A stretch of 64,000 bases of DNA from an uncultured delta proteobacterium (GCA_963822965.1 CAWGJT010000012.1:288001-352000); one strand, 5' to 3'. Positions 1 to 9,945 are shown, counted from the stretch's first letter. Notes: generated from the sequence alone by a model not told the origin. Numbers and translations: made by a program.

Positions 1-94
1 GGCCGCAACCCAACCGCCTGACAAGCGGGGAGGGGAGTACAGCGCTCCCGAGCCGGCTCGATCTCCATTGGGCCGCAACCCAACCGCCTGACAA
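1..94. repeat. 24-bp direct repeat GGCCGCAACCCAACCGCCTGACAA, 2 copies (1-24, 71-94), at the window edge
   Basis: Identical 24-mers 70 bp apart; the first copy may be truncated by the window start. Confidence 0.8.
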
Positions 95-124
95 AAAAGA
101 AGCGGGTCGGAACTTCCGACCCGC
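93..124 (-). terminator. Rho-independent terminator of hsp20
   Basis: Inverted repeat GCGGGTCGGAA/TTCCGACCCGC (102-124) followed on the minus strand by a T-run (A-run at 93-98), just downstream of the hsp20 stop. Confidence 0.85.
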
Positions 125-161
125 CCCTTGCCTCCCGTTCGGGACCGAACAACCCCCCCGG

Positions 162-638
162 CTATGCGGTCTCGACGGGAATGGTACGAACCTGGGGCTC
201 GACGTGTTCCGGCTTCGGAGCCGTCACCGTGAGCACACCGTTCTTGTAGCTGGCCTTCACGTCACCCTCGACGATCTCGCCCGGGAACCGGAAGCGGCGC
301 TCGAAGCGGCCACGCTCGTCGATCCGGGCCGCTCCACCCTCGGACTCGCCCGCCTCGGTGAAGCGGCGCTGCCCCTGGATGTGCAGCACGCCGTCCTCGA
401 CGGCGACCTCCAGGTCCGCGACCTCGACACCCGGGAGCTCTGCGGTCACGCGGTACTCGTTCTCGAGCTCGACGGCCTCGAAGGCCGCGCGGAAGGGACT
501 CTCTCGCCACGCTTGCGGCGCGAACGACACCGGCGCCAGGCCGAAGCCGCTCCACAGGTCGTCCACCAGCCGATCGAAGTCGCGTCGCGCGACTCGGCGC
601 GCGGGGTACGGCCGACGAACCAGGGTTGCCAACGTCAT
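162..638 (-). CDS. hsp20: Small heat shock protein (Hsp20/alpha-crystallin family)
   Basis: AELPGV...L.I.G.R and G.FERRFRFP...ASYKNGVLTVTAPK motifs; AGGAG RBS before the ATG at 638. Confidence 0.92.
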   Translation of the reverse strand: MTLATLVRRPYPARRVARRDFDRLVDDLWSGFGLAPVSFAPQAWRESPFRAAFEAVELENEYRVTAELPGVEVADLEVAVEDGVLHIQGQRRFTEAGESEGGAARIDERGRFERRFRFPGEIVEGDVKASYKNGVLTVTAPKPEHVEPQVRTIPVETA

Positions 639-840
639 CTGTCTTCTCCTTCGCGGTTTGCGTCGACGCGAGAGAAGCTTCGCCCTGCGACTCGCTTCGT
701 CCCCGCCCGAGGAGCATCGGTTCCACTCCCGCGGGACGGCGGCGCCTCGCGACGGCGCAGTTCTAGACATGCCGCGGGGGACGTCAACCGCATGGGCTGG
801 ACCGACCCGGAAATCGGCCCGTGGTGGGACGGTCGGACCG

Positions 841-2034
841 TCAGATCACCCCGTTTCCCCGCAGGCGATCGAGATCGTCGGTCGTCAGCCCGAGGGCCCC
901 GTAGACCGACTCGTTGTCGGCCCCCAGGTCCGGAGCCAGGGCGATCTCGCGGGGATCCGTTCCAGAGAGCTTGATCGGATTCCCGTGGAACAGGATCTCC
1001 CCGATGCGGGGGTGGGGATGGCGCTCGACCATGCCGCGGGCGAGCAGCTGCGGATCCGCGGCGAGCTCTTCGGGCGCCGCCACGCGCGCGCACGGGACGT
1101 CCGCCCCTTCGGGCCCGAGAAGCCGCAGGACCTCTTCCACGCGGTGTCCGGCGACCCAGTCGCCCACGATGGCGTTGATCTCCTCGCGGTTCCTGGACCG
1201 ATCCCGGTGGCTGCGAAAGCGCTCGTCCCGGCCCAGCTCGGGCCGACCGATGGCCTCGCACAGACGGCGGAAGAGGCGGTTGCTGGCGGTCGCCACCACC
1301 ACCCACCCGTCCTTCGCGGGGTGGGCGTCGTACGGGGCGGTGAAGGGGTGCTGGTTGCCGACCCGACCCGGCGCCGTCCCGAGCCCGTGGTGGATGGTGG
1401 CCGCCGAATCGGTGATCGCGAAGATGCAGTCCTGGTTCGAGAGATCGAGCACCCGGGCACGTCCCGTGCGCTCGCGGTCGAGCAGCGCGGAAGCGACGCC
1501 CAGCGCCAGGTAGAGGCCGCCTACGAAGTCGCCGAGCGCGCCGCCCCCGCGCATGGGCGCGCCGTCGGCCTCGCCGGTGAGCGCCATCAGACCGCCGCTG
1601 GCCTGGGCCACGATGTCGTAGGAGGCGAGCCCGGCGAGCGGACCGGTCTGACCGAACCCCGACAGCGACGCCACCACGCAGCGCGGGTTTCGGGCCTGGA
1701 TGACCTCCGCGCCCAGCCCCTGGGCGGCGAGCCAGCCGGCGCGGAAGTTCTCCGTCACCACGTCGGCGCTCTCGACGAGCCGCAGGAACAGCTCCCGGCC
1801 TTCGGGCGCGTGCAGGTCGAGGGTGATGGAGCGCTTGCCGCGATTGCAGTTCTGGAAGGAGAGCGAGGTCTCGCCCTTCTTCGACGGTCCGTAGCGAAAG
1901 TCGTCCCCGGTGCCCGGCCGCTCGACCTTGACGATCTCCGCGCCGAGATCCGCCAGGACCGCCGTCGCGAACGGCCCCGCCACCACCCGGGTGAGGTCGA
2001 GCACGCGGATGCCCTGGAGAACCCGACCGGACAC
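841..2034 (-). CDS. Class III CoA-transferase (CaiB/BaiF family)
   Basis: GIRVLDLTRVVAGPFAT..LADLGAEIVKVERP, NRGKRSITLDL, ENFRAG, YDIVAQA motifs. Confidence 0.93.
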   Translation of the reverse strand: MSGRVLQGIRVLDLTRVVAGPFATAVLADLGAEIVKVERPGTGDDFRYGPSKKGETSLSFQNCNRGKRSITLDLHAPEGRELFLRLVESADVVTENFRAGWLAAQGLGAEVIQARNPRCVVASLSGFGQTGPLAGLASYDIVAQASGGLMALTGEADGAPMRGGGALGDFVGGLYLALGVASALLDRERTGRARVLDLSNQDCIFAITDSAATIHHGLGTAPGRVGNQHPFTAPYDAHPAKDGWVVVATASNRLFRRLCEAIGRPELGRDERFRSHRDRSRNREEINAIVGDWVAGHRVEEVLRLLGPEGADVPCARVAAPEELAADPQLLARGMVERHPHPRIGEILFHGNPIKLSGTDPREIALAPDLGADNESVYGALGLTTDDLDRLRGNGVI

Positions 2035-2058
2035 GCGCGTACGCTCCCGGGGCGCCCG

Positions 2059-2418
2059 CTAGAGGCGGACGACGGCGAGGATGCCGGCCAGGCTCCCGAT
2101 CGTCGCGATTGCGTAGCAGATGGGCGCGACCACCACGTCGCGATCGGCCCCGCGGAAGTCGATCGACAGGTGGCGGATGTGATGCGCGCCCTTCCAGAGC
2201 GGCAGCACGATGAGCGCCGCCAGGACGACACGGCCCACGAGGCTCGAGGCCAGCTCGTGGGCGCGGTCGAATGCCAGCGCCTCCGGCGCCACCAGGCCCA
2301 GGGGAACGGCGATGCCCACGATCAGGATCCAGCCGGTCAGCAGCATGGTGCCGATCAACAGGCCCTGGCCGAAGAGCAGCCAGATGACGGGCTCGATGCG
2401 AAGCAGGAATTCCTTCAT
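2059..2418 (-). CDS. frdD: Fumarate reductase membrane anchor subunit D
   Basis: 119 aa, 3 hydrophobic segments, EPVIWLLFGQG and LPLWKGAHHIRH motifs; TGATG coupling to frdC. Confidence 0.85.
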   Translation of the reverse strand: MKEFLLRIEPVIWLLFGQGLLIGTMLLTGWILIVGIAVPLGLVAPEALAFDRAHELASSLVGRVVLAALIVLPLWKGAHHIRHLSIDFRGADRDVVVAPICYAIATIGSLAGILAVVRL

Positions 2419-2858
2419 CAGAAGAGCCAGCCTCCCAGGATGACTGCAAACAGAACCGTCACGCCGATCCAGGCCACATAGAGCGCCGCCAGGATGACGG
2501 GCTGAGGCGGCGGCTTGAGGGGCCCGATCCGCGGCGGCTGTGCCTTGGGGAAGAAGCGGAAGAAGCGGACGCCCACGAAGATCACCGACACCAGCCCGAG
2601 CACGTGGAAGAGCACGTAGAGCGGGTTGGAGAGGCTCGCGATCGTCGCATCCCAGCGCTCCGGTCCGGCACCGAGGGCCCAGACCACCCGCAGCGCGACG
2701 AGCCCGAGCAGCAGGTAGACGATGCCGGTCGCGTCGAAGAGCAGGTACGTGCGGATGCGCGGATGCGACCACCAGCTCCCCGGCATCTGGGGCGGGGCGG
2801 TCCGGGTCTTGCCCGGCGTGGACGGGGCCATGGCATGGGGATGCGCCGGTCCGGCCAT
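2418..2858 (-). CDS. frdC: Fumarate reductase membrane anchor subunit C
   Basis: 146 aa, 3 TM segments, WW...RTYLLFDATG and FFPKA motifs; lies between frdB and frdD with TGATG overlaps. Confidence 0.82.
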   Translation of the reverse strand: MAGPAHPHAMAPSTPGKTRTAPPQMPGSWWSHPRIRTYLLFDATGIVYLLLGLVALRVVWALGAGPERWDATIASLSNPLYVLFHVLGLVSVIFVGVRFFRFFPKAQPPRIGPLKPPPQPVILAALYVAWIGVTVLFAVILGGWLF

Positions 2859-3664
2859 CACCGACCTCCCTTCTGGGAAGAAGAAGCCGCGGCGCCCTTC
2901 TGGGAAGAGCCGCGGGGCAACACGAGGTTCCTCGCCCAGTCGATCACGGCCCCGAACTTCGCCTGGTTGACCGCCGCCGCGGGGTCGACGTTCTTCGGGC
3001 ACACCTCGCTGCACTCGTTGGCAAAGGAGCAGGAGAAGACCGTGCCCTCTCCGCGGAACACCTCGTTGCGCTCGTCCTCTCCGTGGTCCCGGGTGTCGAG
3101 GTTGTACCGGTGCCCCAGCGCGATGGCCGCGGGCCCCAGGAACTCGGCCTCGTTCGCCACCACGGGGCACGCCGAGTAGCAGAGCATGCAGTTGATGCAC
3201 ATGCTGAAGCGCTTGAACTCGGCCAGCTCCGCCGGGCTCTGCACGAAGGTGCCCTTGTCGCTCTTCGGCGGCCCCTGCGCGGCCTCTTCCTTGGCGCGGA
3301 TCACCCACGGCTTGACCCGCTTGAACTTCTCCATGAAGCCCTCGAGCTCCACGACGAGGTCGCGCACGATGGGGAAGTTCGCCAGGGGCTCGATGGTGAC
3401 CGTATCGCCGTAGTCCGACAGGGCCGTCTTGCAGGTCAGCTTCGGCTCGCCGTCGACCATCATGCCGCAGCTTCCGCAGACGGCCATGCGGCACGACCAG
3501 CGGTGGCTGATGGTCGGATCCACCTCGTCCTTGATGTAGTTGATGGCGTCGAGAACCTTCCAGTCCGGCTGGACGGCGATCTCGTACTCCTGGGTCTTGG
3601 GCACCTCGTCCTTGTCCGGATCGAAGCGAGTGACCACGAAGGTCTTCTTCTTCAGATCGCTCAT
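2858..3664 (-). CDS. frdB: Fumarate reductase iron-sulfur subunit
   Basis: SCRMAVCGSC, CINCMLCYSACP and CSFANECSEVCP cluster motifs. Confidence 0.95.
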   Translation of the reverse strand: MSDLKKKTFVVTRFDPDKDEVPKTQEYEIAVQPDWKVLDAINYIKDEVDPTISHRWSCRMAVCGSCGMMVDGEPKLTCKTALSDYGDTVTIEPLANFPIVRDLVVELEGFMEKFKRVKPWVIRAKEEAAQGPPKSDKGTFVQSPAELAEFKRFSMCINCMLCYSACPVVANEAEFLGPAAIALGHRYNLDTRDHGEDERNEVFRGEGTVFSCSFANECSEVCPKNVDPAAAVNQAKFGAVIDWARNLVLPRGSSQKGAAASSSQKGGR

Positions 3665-5382
3665 CAGTATTTCCGCTCCACGGGTTCCCAGTGACCGAGC
3701 TTCACGTCCTTCTTGTCCAGCCGGGGCCCGGACGGATCGTGATAGCAGAGGGTGTGATAGAGATAGTTCTGGTCGTCCCGGGTCGTGAAGTCGCGACACG
3801 TGTGGGCGCCCCGCGACTCCTTGCGGCTGCGGGCGGAGACGGCCATCGCCTCCGCGACGTCGAGCATGTTGTGCAGCTCGAGCGCGGCGATCAGCTCGGT
3901 GTTGAACACCCGGCTCTCGTCCTCGAGGCGCAGGTCGCTGACGCGTCCCTTGAGCTGCAGCAGGGTCGCGACGGTGGCCGCCATCGACTCCTGGTCGCGG
4001 AACACGCCGCAGCCCTGCTCCATGGTGACGTTCATCTCCCGGCGGATCGCCGCGATCTTCTCGCCCCCCCTCTTGCGGCCTCGCAGGGCGTCGATGCGCC
4101 CCGCCTCGTCCTGGGCCTGGGCGCGCAGGGCCTCGTCGTTGCCCGGACCGGAGCGCTTCGCGAACTCGAGAGCCTTCCAGCCCGCCTTGGCGCCGAATAC
4201 CAGGCACTCCGTGAGGGAATTCGATCCCAGGCGATTGGCGCCGTTCAGGGACACGCAGGCCACCTCGCCCGCCGCGTAGAGCCCGGGCAGCTCCGTCGCC
4301 GCGTCGATGTCCGTGTCCACGCCGCCCATCATGTAGTGGAGGACGGGACGCACCGGGATCGGCTCGTGGACCGCGTCGATTCCGACGTAGATGCGGCACA
4401 GCTCGCGGACGAACGGCAGGCGGAAGTCGATCTTCTCCTCGCCGAGGTGGGTGAGATCGAGGTAGACGTGCTCGCCGTACGGGCCCTTGACGCCCCGGCC
4501 CGCCTCGATCTCGCGGATGATCGCCCGGGAGATCATGTCCCGGGGACCCAGCTCGGCCTTCTGGCCGACGCCGTAGTCGTACTCGACCAGGAAGCGCTCC
4601 CCATTGGCGTTGCGCAGGTAGCCGCCCTCGCCGCGGGTCGCCTCGGTGATCAGGATGCCCGTCCCCGGCAGGCCCGTCGGGTGGTACTGCATGAACTCCA
4701 TGTCTTTGAGCGGGACACCCGCACGGTAGGCGAGGGACATGCCGTCGCCCGTCTTGATCATCCCGTTCGTGGTGAACGGAAAGACCTTGCCGGCCCCGCC
4801 CGTCGCGAGGATCACCGCAGCACCGAGGATGGCGTGCATCTCGCCGGTGCGGATGTCGAGGGCCGCCACGCCCCGGCACACCCCACCGTCCACCAGGAGC
4901 TTCGAGACGAAGTACTCGTCGTAGCGGACGATGTTGTCGAAGCGCATCGAGTGCTGGAAGAGCGAGTGGAGCATGTGGAAGCCGACCTTGTCGGCGGCGT
5001 ACCAGGTGCGCTTCACGGTCATGCCGCCGAAGGCGCGCGTGGCCACGCTGCCGTCGTCGTTGCGGCTCCAGGGACAGCCCCAGTTCTCGAGCAGGGCCAG
5101 CTCCTTCGGTGCCTGCTCGACGAAGTACTCGATCACGTCCTGGTCGCCCAGGAAGTCCGAGCCCTTCACCGTGTCCAGCCCGTGCATCTCGAAGTTGTCG
5201 TCCTCGCGGGCCACGCCGGCGGCGCCGCCCTCGGCGGAGACCGTGTGGCTCCGCATCGGATAGACCTTCGAGACGACGGCGATGGAGGCCTGAGGATCGG
5301 CCTCCGCGGCGGCGATCGCGGCGCGCAGCCCTGCCCCGCCCCCGCCTACGATGACGATGTCGTGTCGCGAGACCTCGACCAC
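3664..5382 (-). CDS. frdA: Fumarate reductase flavoprotein subunit
   Basis: GGGGAG FAD loop, RSHTVSAEGG covalent-FAD His, QYHPTG, HYMMGG, GANRLGSNSL; GTG start with GGAGG RBS. Confidence 0.95.
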   Translation of the reverse strand: MVEVSRHDIVIVGGGGAGLRAAIAAAEADPQASIAVVSKVYPMRSHTVSAEGGAAGVAREDDNFEMHGLDTVKGSDFLGDQDVIEYFVEQAPKELALLENWGCPWSRNDDGSVATRAFGGMTVKRTWYAADKVGFHMLHSLFQHSMRFDNIVRYDEYFVSKLLVDGGVCRGVAALDIRTGEMHAILGAAVILATGGAGKVFPFTTNGMIKTGDGMSLAYRAGVPLKDMEFMQYHPTGLPGTGILITEATRGEGGYLRNANGERFLVEYDYGVGQKAELGPRDMISRAIIREIEAGRGVKGPYGEHVYLDLTHLGEEKIDFRLPFVRELCRIYVGIDAVHEPIPVRPVLHYMMGGVDTDIDAATELPGLYAAGEVACVSLNGANRLGSNSLTECLVFGAKAGWKALEFAKRSGPGNDEALRAQAQDEAGRIDALRGRKRGGEKIAAIRREMNVTMEQGCGVFRDQESMAATVATLLQLKGRVSDLRLEDESRVFNTELIAALELHNMLDVAEAMAVSARSRKESRGAHTCRDFTTRDDQNYLYHTLCYHDPSGPRLDKKDVKLGHWEPVERKY

Positions 5383-5585
5383 TGTGCGTCGGTCCTCCCT
5401 GCTCCGTGATGCTGCGAGCGCCGCGTGCGCCCGGGCATCCGACGTGCACCGAGACACGGCATCCGATGGCTTCGAATGGGATCCCGATTCGGGGCGCCCG
5501 TGCCCGATCCGGAGCTGGATCGGAGCCTCCTACGAGGCGTCCTTTTGTACCGGATCCCGGGGGAGTCCGAAAGCTGAGCCCGCAA

Positions 5586-6689
5586 TCAACGATCCGCCCC
5601 GGCCACGGGGGCCGTCTCCGGCGCCGGGACCTGCTGGGTGAGACAGTGGATCGTGCCCAGGCCCACGACGAGGTCCCGCGCCCCGATCGGCACGACCTCT
5701 CGACCCCCGAGGCACTCCCCGAGGATCGCCATGGCCCGCTCGTCGCTGGGAGCGCCGAAGGTGGGGACCAGCGCAACACCGTTTGCCAGGTAGAAGTTCG
5801 CATAGCTGGCGGGGCATCGGTCCCCGCCCACCACCACCGGCGGCGGCATGGGCAGGGGAACCACCTCGAGGACGCGGCCGGTGGCGTCCCGGGACGCGCG
5901 CAGCCGCCGCAGGGCCTCGGCGAGCGGCCGGTGGTTCGTGTCGGCGGCGTCGGTCTCCTGGGCACAGACCACGCGACCCGGCCCCACGAAGCGGGCGAAG
6001 TCGTCGACGTGGCCGTCGGTGTCGTCTCCGGCGATTCCGTCGCCGAGCCAGACGACCTGTCGGGCGCCGAGCATCTGCTCGAGCTCGGACTCGGCGCGCT
6101 CCCGGGTTCGGGGCGGCTCGCCGTCGGCCAGGCGATTGGCGTTCAGCAGACAGGATTCGGTCGTGAGCACGGTTCCCCGGCCGTCCCCGTCGATGGAGCC
6201 GGGCTCCAGCACGAACGGCGTCGCGAAGCGCGGCACGCCCAGCGCCTCGGCGCAGCGACGGGCGACGGCGGCATCGCGATCCCAGGGCGGGTACTTGCGG
6301 CCCCAGGCGTCGAATCCGAAGTCGACCACGGCCAGGGCGGGATCGCCCTCGCGCGTGACGAAGAGCGGGCCGTGATCGCGCACCCAGGCGTCGTCGCTCT
6401 CGATGTGAAAGAAGCGGACACCCGTGTCCGCGTCGCCGGCGAGCACGCGTCGCACGCGCTCCTCCATCGCCTCGCCGGCGACGTTGATGCGAACCTCTTC
6501 GCGGCCGGCCAGCGCCCGGACGATCTCGCGGAACGCGCCCTCCACCCGCTCGATGCGAGCCGGCCAGGTCTCGGGATTGTGGGGCCAGGTGAGCCAGGTG
6601 GCGGCGTGCGGCTCCCATTCGGCGGGCCAGCGGTAGCCCTGGGAGGCGGGCGAGGCGGAGGGCGTGCGCGACGCGCTCGGCGGCGGCAC
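5586..6689 (-). CDS. aguA: Agmatine deiminase family protein
   Basis: WPAEWEPH, DAWVRDHGP, DDTDGHVD, ASYANFY, GTIHCLTQQVP motifs; start approximate. Confidence 0.92.
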   Translation of the reverse strand: MPPPSASRTPSASPASQGYRWPAEWEPHAATWLTWPHNPETWPARIERVEGAFREIVRALAGREEVRINVAGEAMEERVRRVLAGDADTGVRFFHIESDDAWVRDHGPLFVTREGDPALAVVDFGFDAWGRKYPPWDRDAAVARRCAEALGVPRFATPFVLEPGSIDGDGRGTVLTTESCLLNANRLADGEPPRTRERAESELEQMLGARQVVWLGDGIAGDDTDGHVDDFARFVGPGRVVCAQETDAADTNHRPLAEALRRLRASRDATGRVLEVVPLPMPPPVVVGGDRCPASYANFYLANGVALVPTFGAPSDERAMAILGECLGGREVVPIGARDLVVGLGTIHCLTQQVPAPETAPVAGADR

Positions 6690-6694
6690 GCCCG

Positions 6695-7594
6695 TCAGTC
6701 CCGGAGACGCCGAGCCAGGTCTCCGTAGGCGTCGATCCGTCGGTCCCGCAGGAACGGCCAGTGGCGACGCACCCGCTCGACGGCCCCGAGGTCGCAGTCC
6801 ACCACCAGCACCTCCGGCTCTTCCGCCGAGGCCCGTGCCAGCAGGCGGCCGAACGGGTCGGCGACGAACGACTGGCCCCAGAAGCGGATGCCGCCCTCTC
6901 GACCCACCCGGTTGACCGCGACCACGAAGACGCCGTTGGCGATCGCGTGTCCGCGCTGCACCGTCTCCCAGGCATCGTGCTGTGCGGCGTCCTCCTCGGG
7001 GCCTTCGTCGAACTGCCAGCCGATGGCCGTCGGGTAGAGGAGGATGCGGGCGCCGGCGAGGGAGACGAGACGGGCGGCCTCCGGGAACCACTGGTCCCAG
7101 CACACCAGCGCGCCGATCCGCCCGCAACGCGTGTCGTGCGCCAGGAAGCCCCGATCACCCGGCGTGAAGTAGAACTTCTCGTTGTAGAGCGGGTCGTCCG
7201 GGATGTGCATCTTGCGGTAGAGCTCGAGCAGGCGACCGTCGGCGTCGATGGTGACCGCCGTGTTGTGGTAGACGCCCTCGCCCCGCCGCTCGAAGAGGGT
7301 GGTGACGACCACCACGCCGCGCGCCGCGGCGACCTTGCCGAGCGCCTCGGTGCTCGGCCCGGGAATCGGCTCCGCGAGGTCGAAGCGGGCGGGCTCCTGG
7401 CCCTGGCACAGGTACTCCGAGCGGTACAGCTCGGGCAGGCAGACGAGGCCCGCCCCGCGGTCGGCCGCCTCCTCGATGCCCGCGAGCGCCCGGGCGACGT
7501 TCTCGTCGGGATCGGGCGAGCAGCGCATCTGGACCAGCCCGACGCGCAGGATGGCGTCCTCGACGGGGGTCTTCTTCTCGGCGGAGCCTGCCAT
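6695..7594 (-). CDS. aguB: N-carbamoylputrescine amidase (carbon-nitrogen hydrolase)
   Basis: CLPEL, YRKMHIPDDP..NEKFYFTPGD, VCWDQWFPE (Glu-Lys-Cys triad); adjacent to aguA. Confidence 0.92.
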   Translation of the reverse strand: MAGSAEKKTPVEDAILRVGLVQMRCSPDPDENVARALAGIEEAADRGAGLVCLPELYRSEYLCQGQEPARFDLAEPIPGPSTEALGKVAAARGVVVVTTLFERRGEGVYHNTAVTIDADGRLLELYRKMHIPDDPLYNEKFYFTPGDRGFLAHDTRCGRIGALVCWDQWFPEAARLVSLAGARILLYPTAIGWQFDEGPEEDAAQHDAWETVQRGHAIANGVFVVAVNRVGREGGIRFWGQSFVADPFGRLLARASAEEPEVLVVDCDLGAVERVRRHWPFLRDRRIDAYGDLARRLRD

Positions 7595-7679
7595 CGCGCC
7601 TCTGTAGGTCAGCGCGAATCCCCGTGCAAGCCGTGACCGCCGCTGTCACGGGTCCCCGGGAAGCTCCGCCCAGAGCCCG

Positions 7680-8120
7680 ATGGGAGGCACCCGGATGAGC
7701 GAGACGAGAACGAGAGAGACGAGGACGAGAGGGACGAGAACGAGAGGGACGAGAGAGACGACCCGGACCGAGCGGGCGGGGAGGCCCTCGCTGGACGCCC
7801 CGGGGCCTGCCAGACTCGTGGCCTGGCTGGACAGCTCGATGTGGCTCGCCCTGCTGACGGTCTTGTGCGTCCAGGGAGTGGGTCTCGCGGTGTATGGCGC
7901 CGCGCGAGCGGCCGCCAGCGCGGGTCCCCGGGTGACGGCCCCGGAAGCGAGGCCCCGGGCGGAAGCAGAAGAAGAAGCAGGCCAACGGGGGATCTTGAGG
8001 CTTGGCGAGATCGATGAGATCGCTCTGGCTCGTGGACGCATACAATGTTCTACGGGTGAATCTCGCGAATGTCCTCCCGGTGAATCTCGCGAGCGCCGCG
8101 TCGCCCGGGCCGGCGGGTGA
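7680..8120 (+). CDS. Hypothetical single-TM protein (uncertain; overlaps the next gene)
   Basis: One hydrophobic segment (MWLALLTVLCVQGVGLAVYG) and an N-terminal xTRTR repeat. Confidence 0.3.
   Translation: MGGTRMSETRTRETRTRGTRTRGTRETTRTERAGRPSLDAPGPARLVAWLDSSMWLALLTVLCVQGVGLAVYGAARAAASAGPRVTAPEARPRAEAEEEAGQRGILRLGEIDEIALARGRIQCSTGESRECPPGESRERRVARAGG
7701..7760. repeat. Purine-rich 15-bp tandem repeat (GRGACGAGRACGAGA), about 4 copies
   Basis: Directly visible; encodes ETRTR/GTRTR. Confidence 0.8.
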
Positions 8121-8601
8121 CGAGCCGGAGCCGGCCTCCGGGCCGAGCGACGAATCGGAGCCGGCGCCGAAGGCCCCGACGAGCTGGTGGCGAGGCGATC
8201 GGCGCAGCCTGCTGGCCGGGCTCGCGGCCGGGCTTGCGGAGCCGGAGGCGGAGATCTTCCTGGTCTTCGACGCCCGCCACCTCGAGCGGGCGGAGGAGCG
8301 GCTCCCGCCCGAAGGGCGGCCATCCGGGAGCGGCGACGACGAAGGCAGCGACGACGAGAAGAAGGAGCGGCCGCGGGTCCGCATCGTCTTCGCCCCCTCC
8401 GCGGACGACTGGATCGTCGAATCGCTGAGGCGACGGAAGGACGAGGCGACGGTCGTGCGGGTCGTGACCGCGGATCGCCCCCTGGCCAACCGGGCCCGAA
8501 GACTGGGAGCCGAGATCGTCGCCACCGATCGCTTCCTGGCGCTCTGCGGCTTCACGCGAAACCCGTCGCCGCCGGAGCCCGGGTCGCGAGCCGCGGACTG
8601 A
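8014..8601 (+). CDS. YacP-like NYN-domain (PIN-fold) ribonuclease
   Basis: LVDAYNV, LVFDA, SADDWI, VVTADRPL..RARRLGA acidic motifs. Confidence 0.8.
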   Translation: MRSLWLVDAYNVLRVNLANVLPVNLASAASPGPAGDEPEPASGPSDESEPAPKAPTSWWRGDRRSLLAGLAAGLAEPEAEIFLVFDARHLERAEERLPPEGRPSGSGDDEGSDDEKKERPRVRIVFAPSADDWIVESLRRRKDEATVVRVVTADRPLANRARRLGAEIVATDRFLALCGFTRNPSPPEPGSRAAD

Positions 8602-8689
8602 GCCGGCCGCGGCGGGCCCGATGAGCGCGGAAGCGGAAAAAGGCGCGGGACGCGGGATACAGGCGCGGAAGCGGCCGTGAGAAGCGGCC

Positions 8690-9691
8690 CTACTCCCGAC
8701 CCGGGCTCGCCGGAAACGGATTGGCCTGGTGGGGCAGCCGGTCGCCCGCGAGACCCGCCAGCAGGTTCGCCACGGCCAACGACGCCATTCGCCGGCGGGT
8801 GGCCACGCTGGCGCTGCCGATGTGCGGCGTCAGAACGAGGTTTGGCGCTTGCAGGAGCGGGCTCTCGGAGGAGAGCGGCTCCTCTTCGAACACGTCCAGC
8901 GCGGCGGCCGCCAGACGACCGCCCGCCAGGGCCTCCGCAAGGGCGGCCTCGTCGACGAGACCACCTCGGGCGGTATTGACGAGCACCGCGCCGGGCTTCA
9001 GCGCGCGGATCCGCTCGGCGTCGAGCAGGCCCCGCGTCTCGGGCGTCAGGGCGACGTGAACGCTCACGAAGTCCGAGCGACGCAGCGCGTCGTCGAGGGT
9101 CACGCTCTCGACCTGCGGTACCGGACGCCCGGACCGCGTCCATCCGAGCACGCGCATGCCGAAGCCGTGGGCGCGGCGGGCAACGGCCTGTCCGATGGCG
9201 CCGAGCCCGATCACCCCCAGGGTGGCTCCGTGCAGGTCCACTCCCAGCAGCATGTCGGGCGCCCAGCGGCGGTCCAGGGTCCAGAGCCCTTCCCGAACGA
9301 ATCGATCTGCCTCGGGAATCCGGCGCGCGGCGGCCAGCATGAGAGCCAGGGTCAGGTCCGCGGTGGTCTCCGCGAGCACGCCGGGCGTGTGGCCCACTGG
9401 AATGCGCCGTGCGGTCGCGGCCTCCAGATCGATGTGATCGACCCCCACGGACATGCTGGAGATCACGCGCAGGCCCGGGCTCGCGTCGAGGAGGGCGCGA
9501 TCGACGCGATCCGTGAGCAGGCACAGCAGTCCTTCGCAGCCCTTCACGGCCTCGCGCAGCGCATCGGGCGACGGTGGGTGCTCTTCGCTCCAGATGTGGG
9601 CTCGGACGCGGTCGAGAAGCGGGCCGAGCGGGTCGGGCCGTCCCAGCCCGGCGAGAGATCGGGTGACGAACACCCGCGGTACCTGACTCAA
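8690..9691 (-). CDS. D-glycerate dehydrogenase/glyoxylate reductase (D-2-hydroxyacid dehydrogenase)
   Basis: SVGVDHID, GLGAIG, VNTARG, LDVFEEEP, LTPHIGSAS; start approximate. Confidence 0.92.
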   Translation of the reverse strand: MSQVPRVFVTRSLAGLGRPDPLGPLLDRVRAHIWSEEHPPSPDALREAVKGCEGLLCLLTDRVDRALLDASPGLRVISSMSVGVDHIDLEAATARRIPVGHTPGVLAETTADLTLALMLAAARRIPEADRFVREGLWTLDRRWAPDMLLGVDLHGATLGVIGLGAIGQAVARRAHGFGMRVLGWTRSGRPVPQVESVTLDDALRRSDFVSVHVALTPETRGLLDAERIRALKPGAVLVNTARGGLVDEAALAEALAGGRLAAAALDVFEEEPLSSESPLLQAPNLVLTPHIGSASVATRRRMASLAVANLLAGLAGDRLPHQANPFPASPGRE

Positions 9692-9945
9692 GGTCGCCCC
9701 CTGGCCCGGATGGCTCGGGCTGCCGTGTTCGTTCCGACGGGCCCGCCGACCCTCTGCGCGAAGCTTGACCTGAGGGGGCACATCGAAATAAGGTTGCGCC
9801 CCTGCGAGCCTCGGCTCGCCTGGTCCGGCCGAGTCGCCCGCGTCCTCTCCATCCGTGAATCGATCCGTGAATCGACCCGCGGGAGGCCGGTGTCTCCTGT
9901 GGACTGTCTCGCCATCGTATCCGCGGATTCTACAAAGAGGACGGC

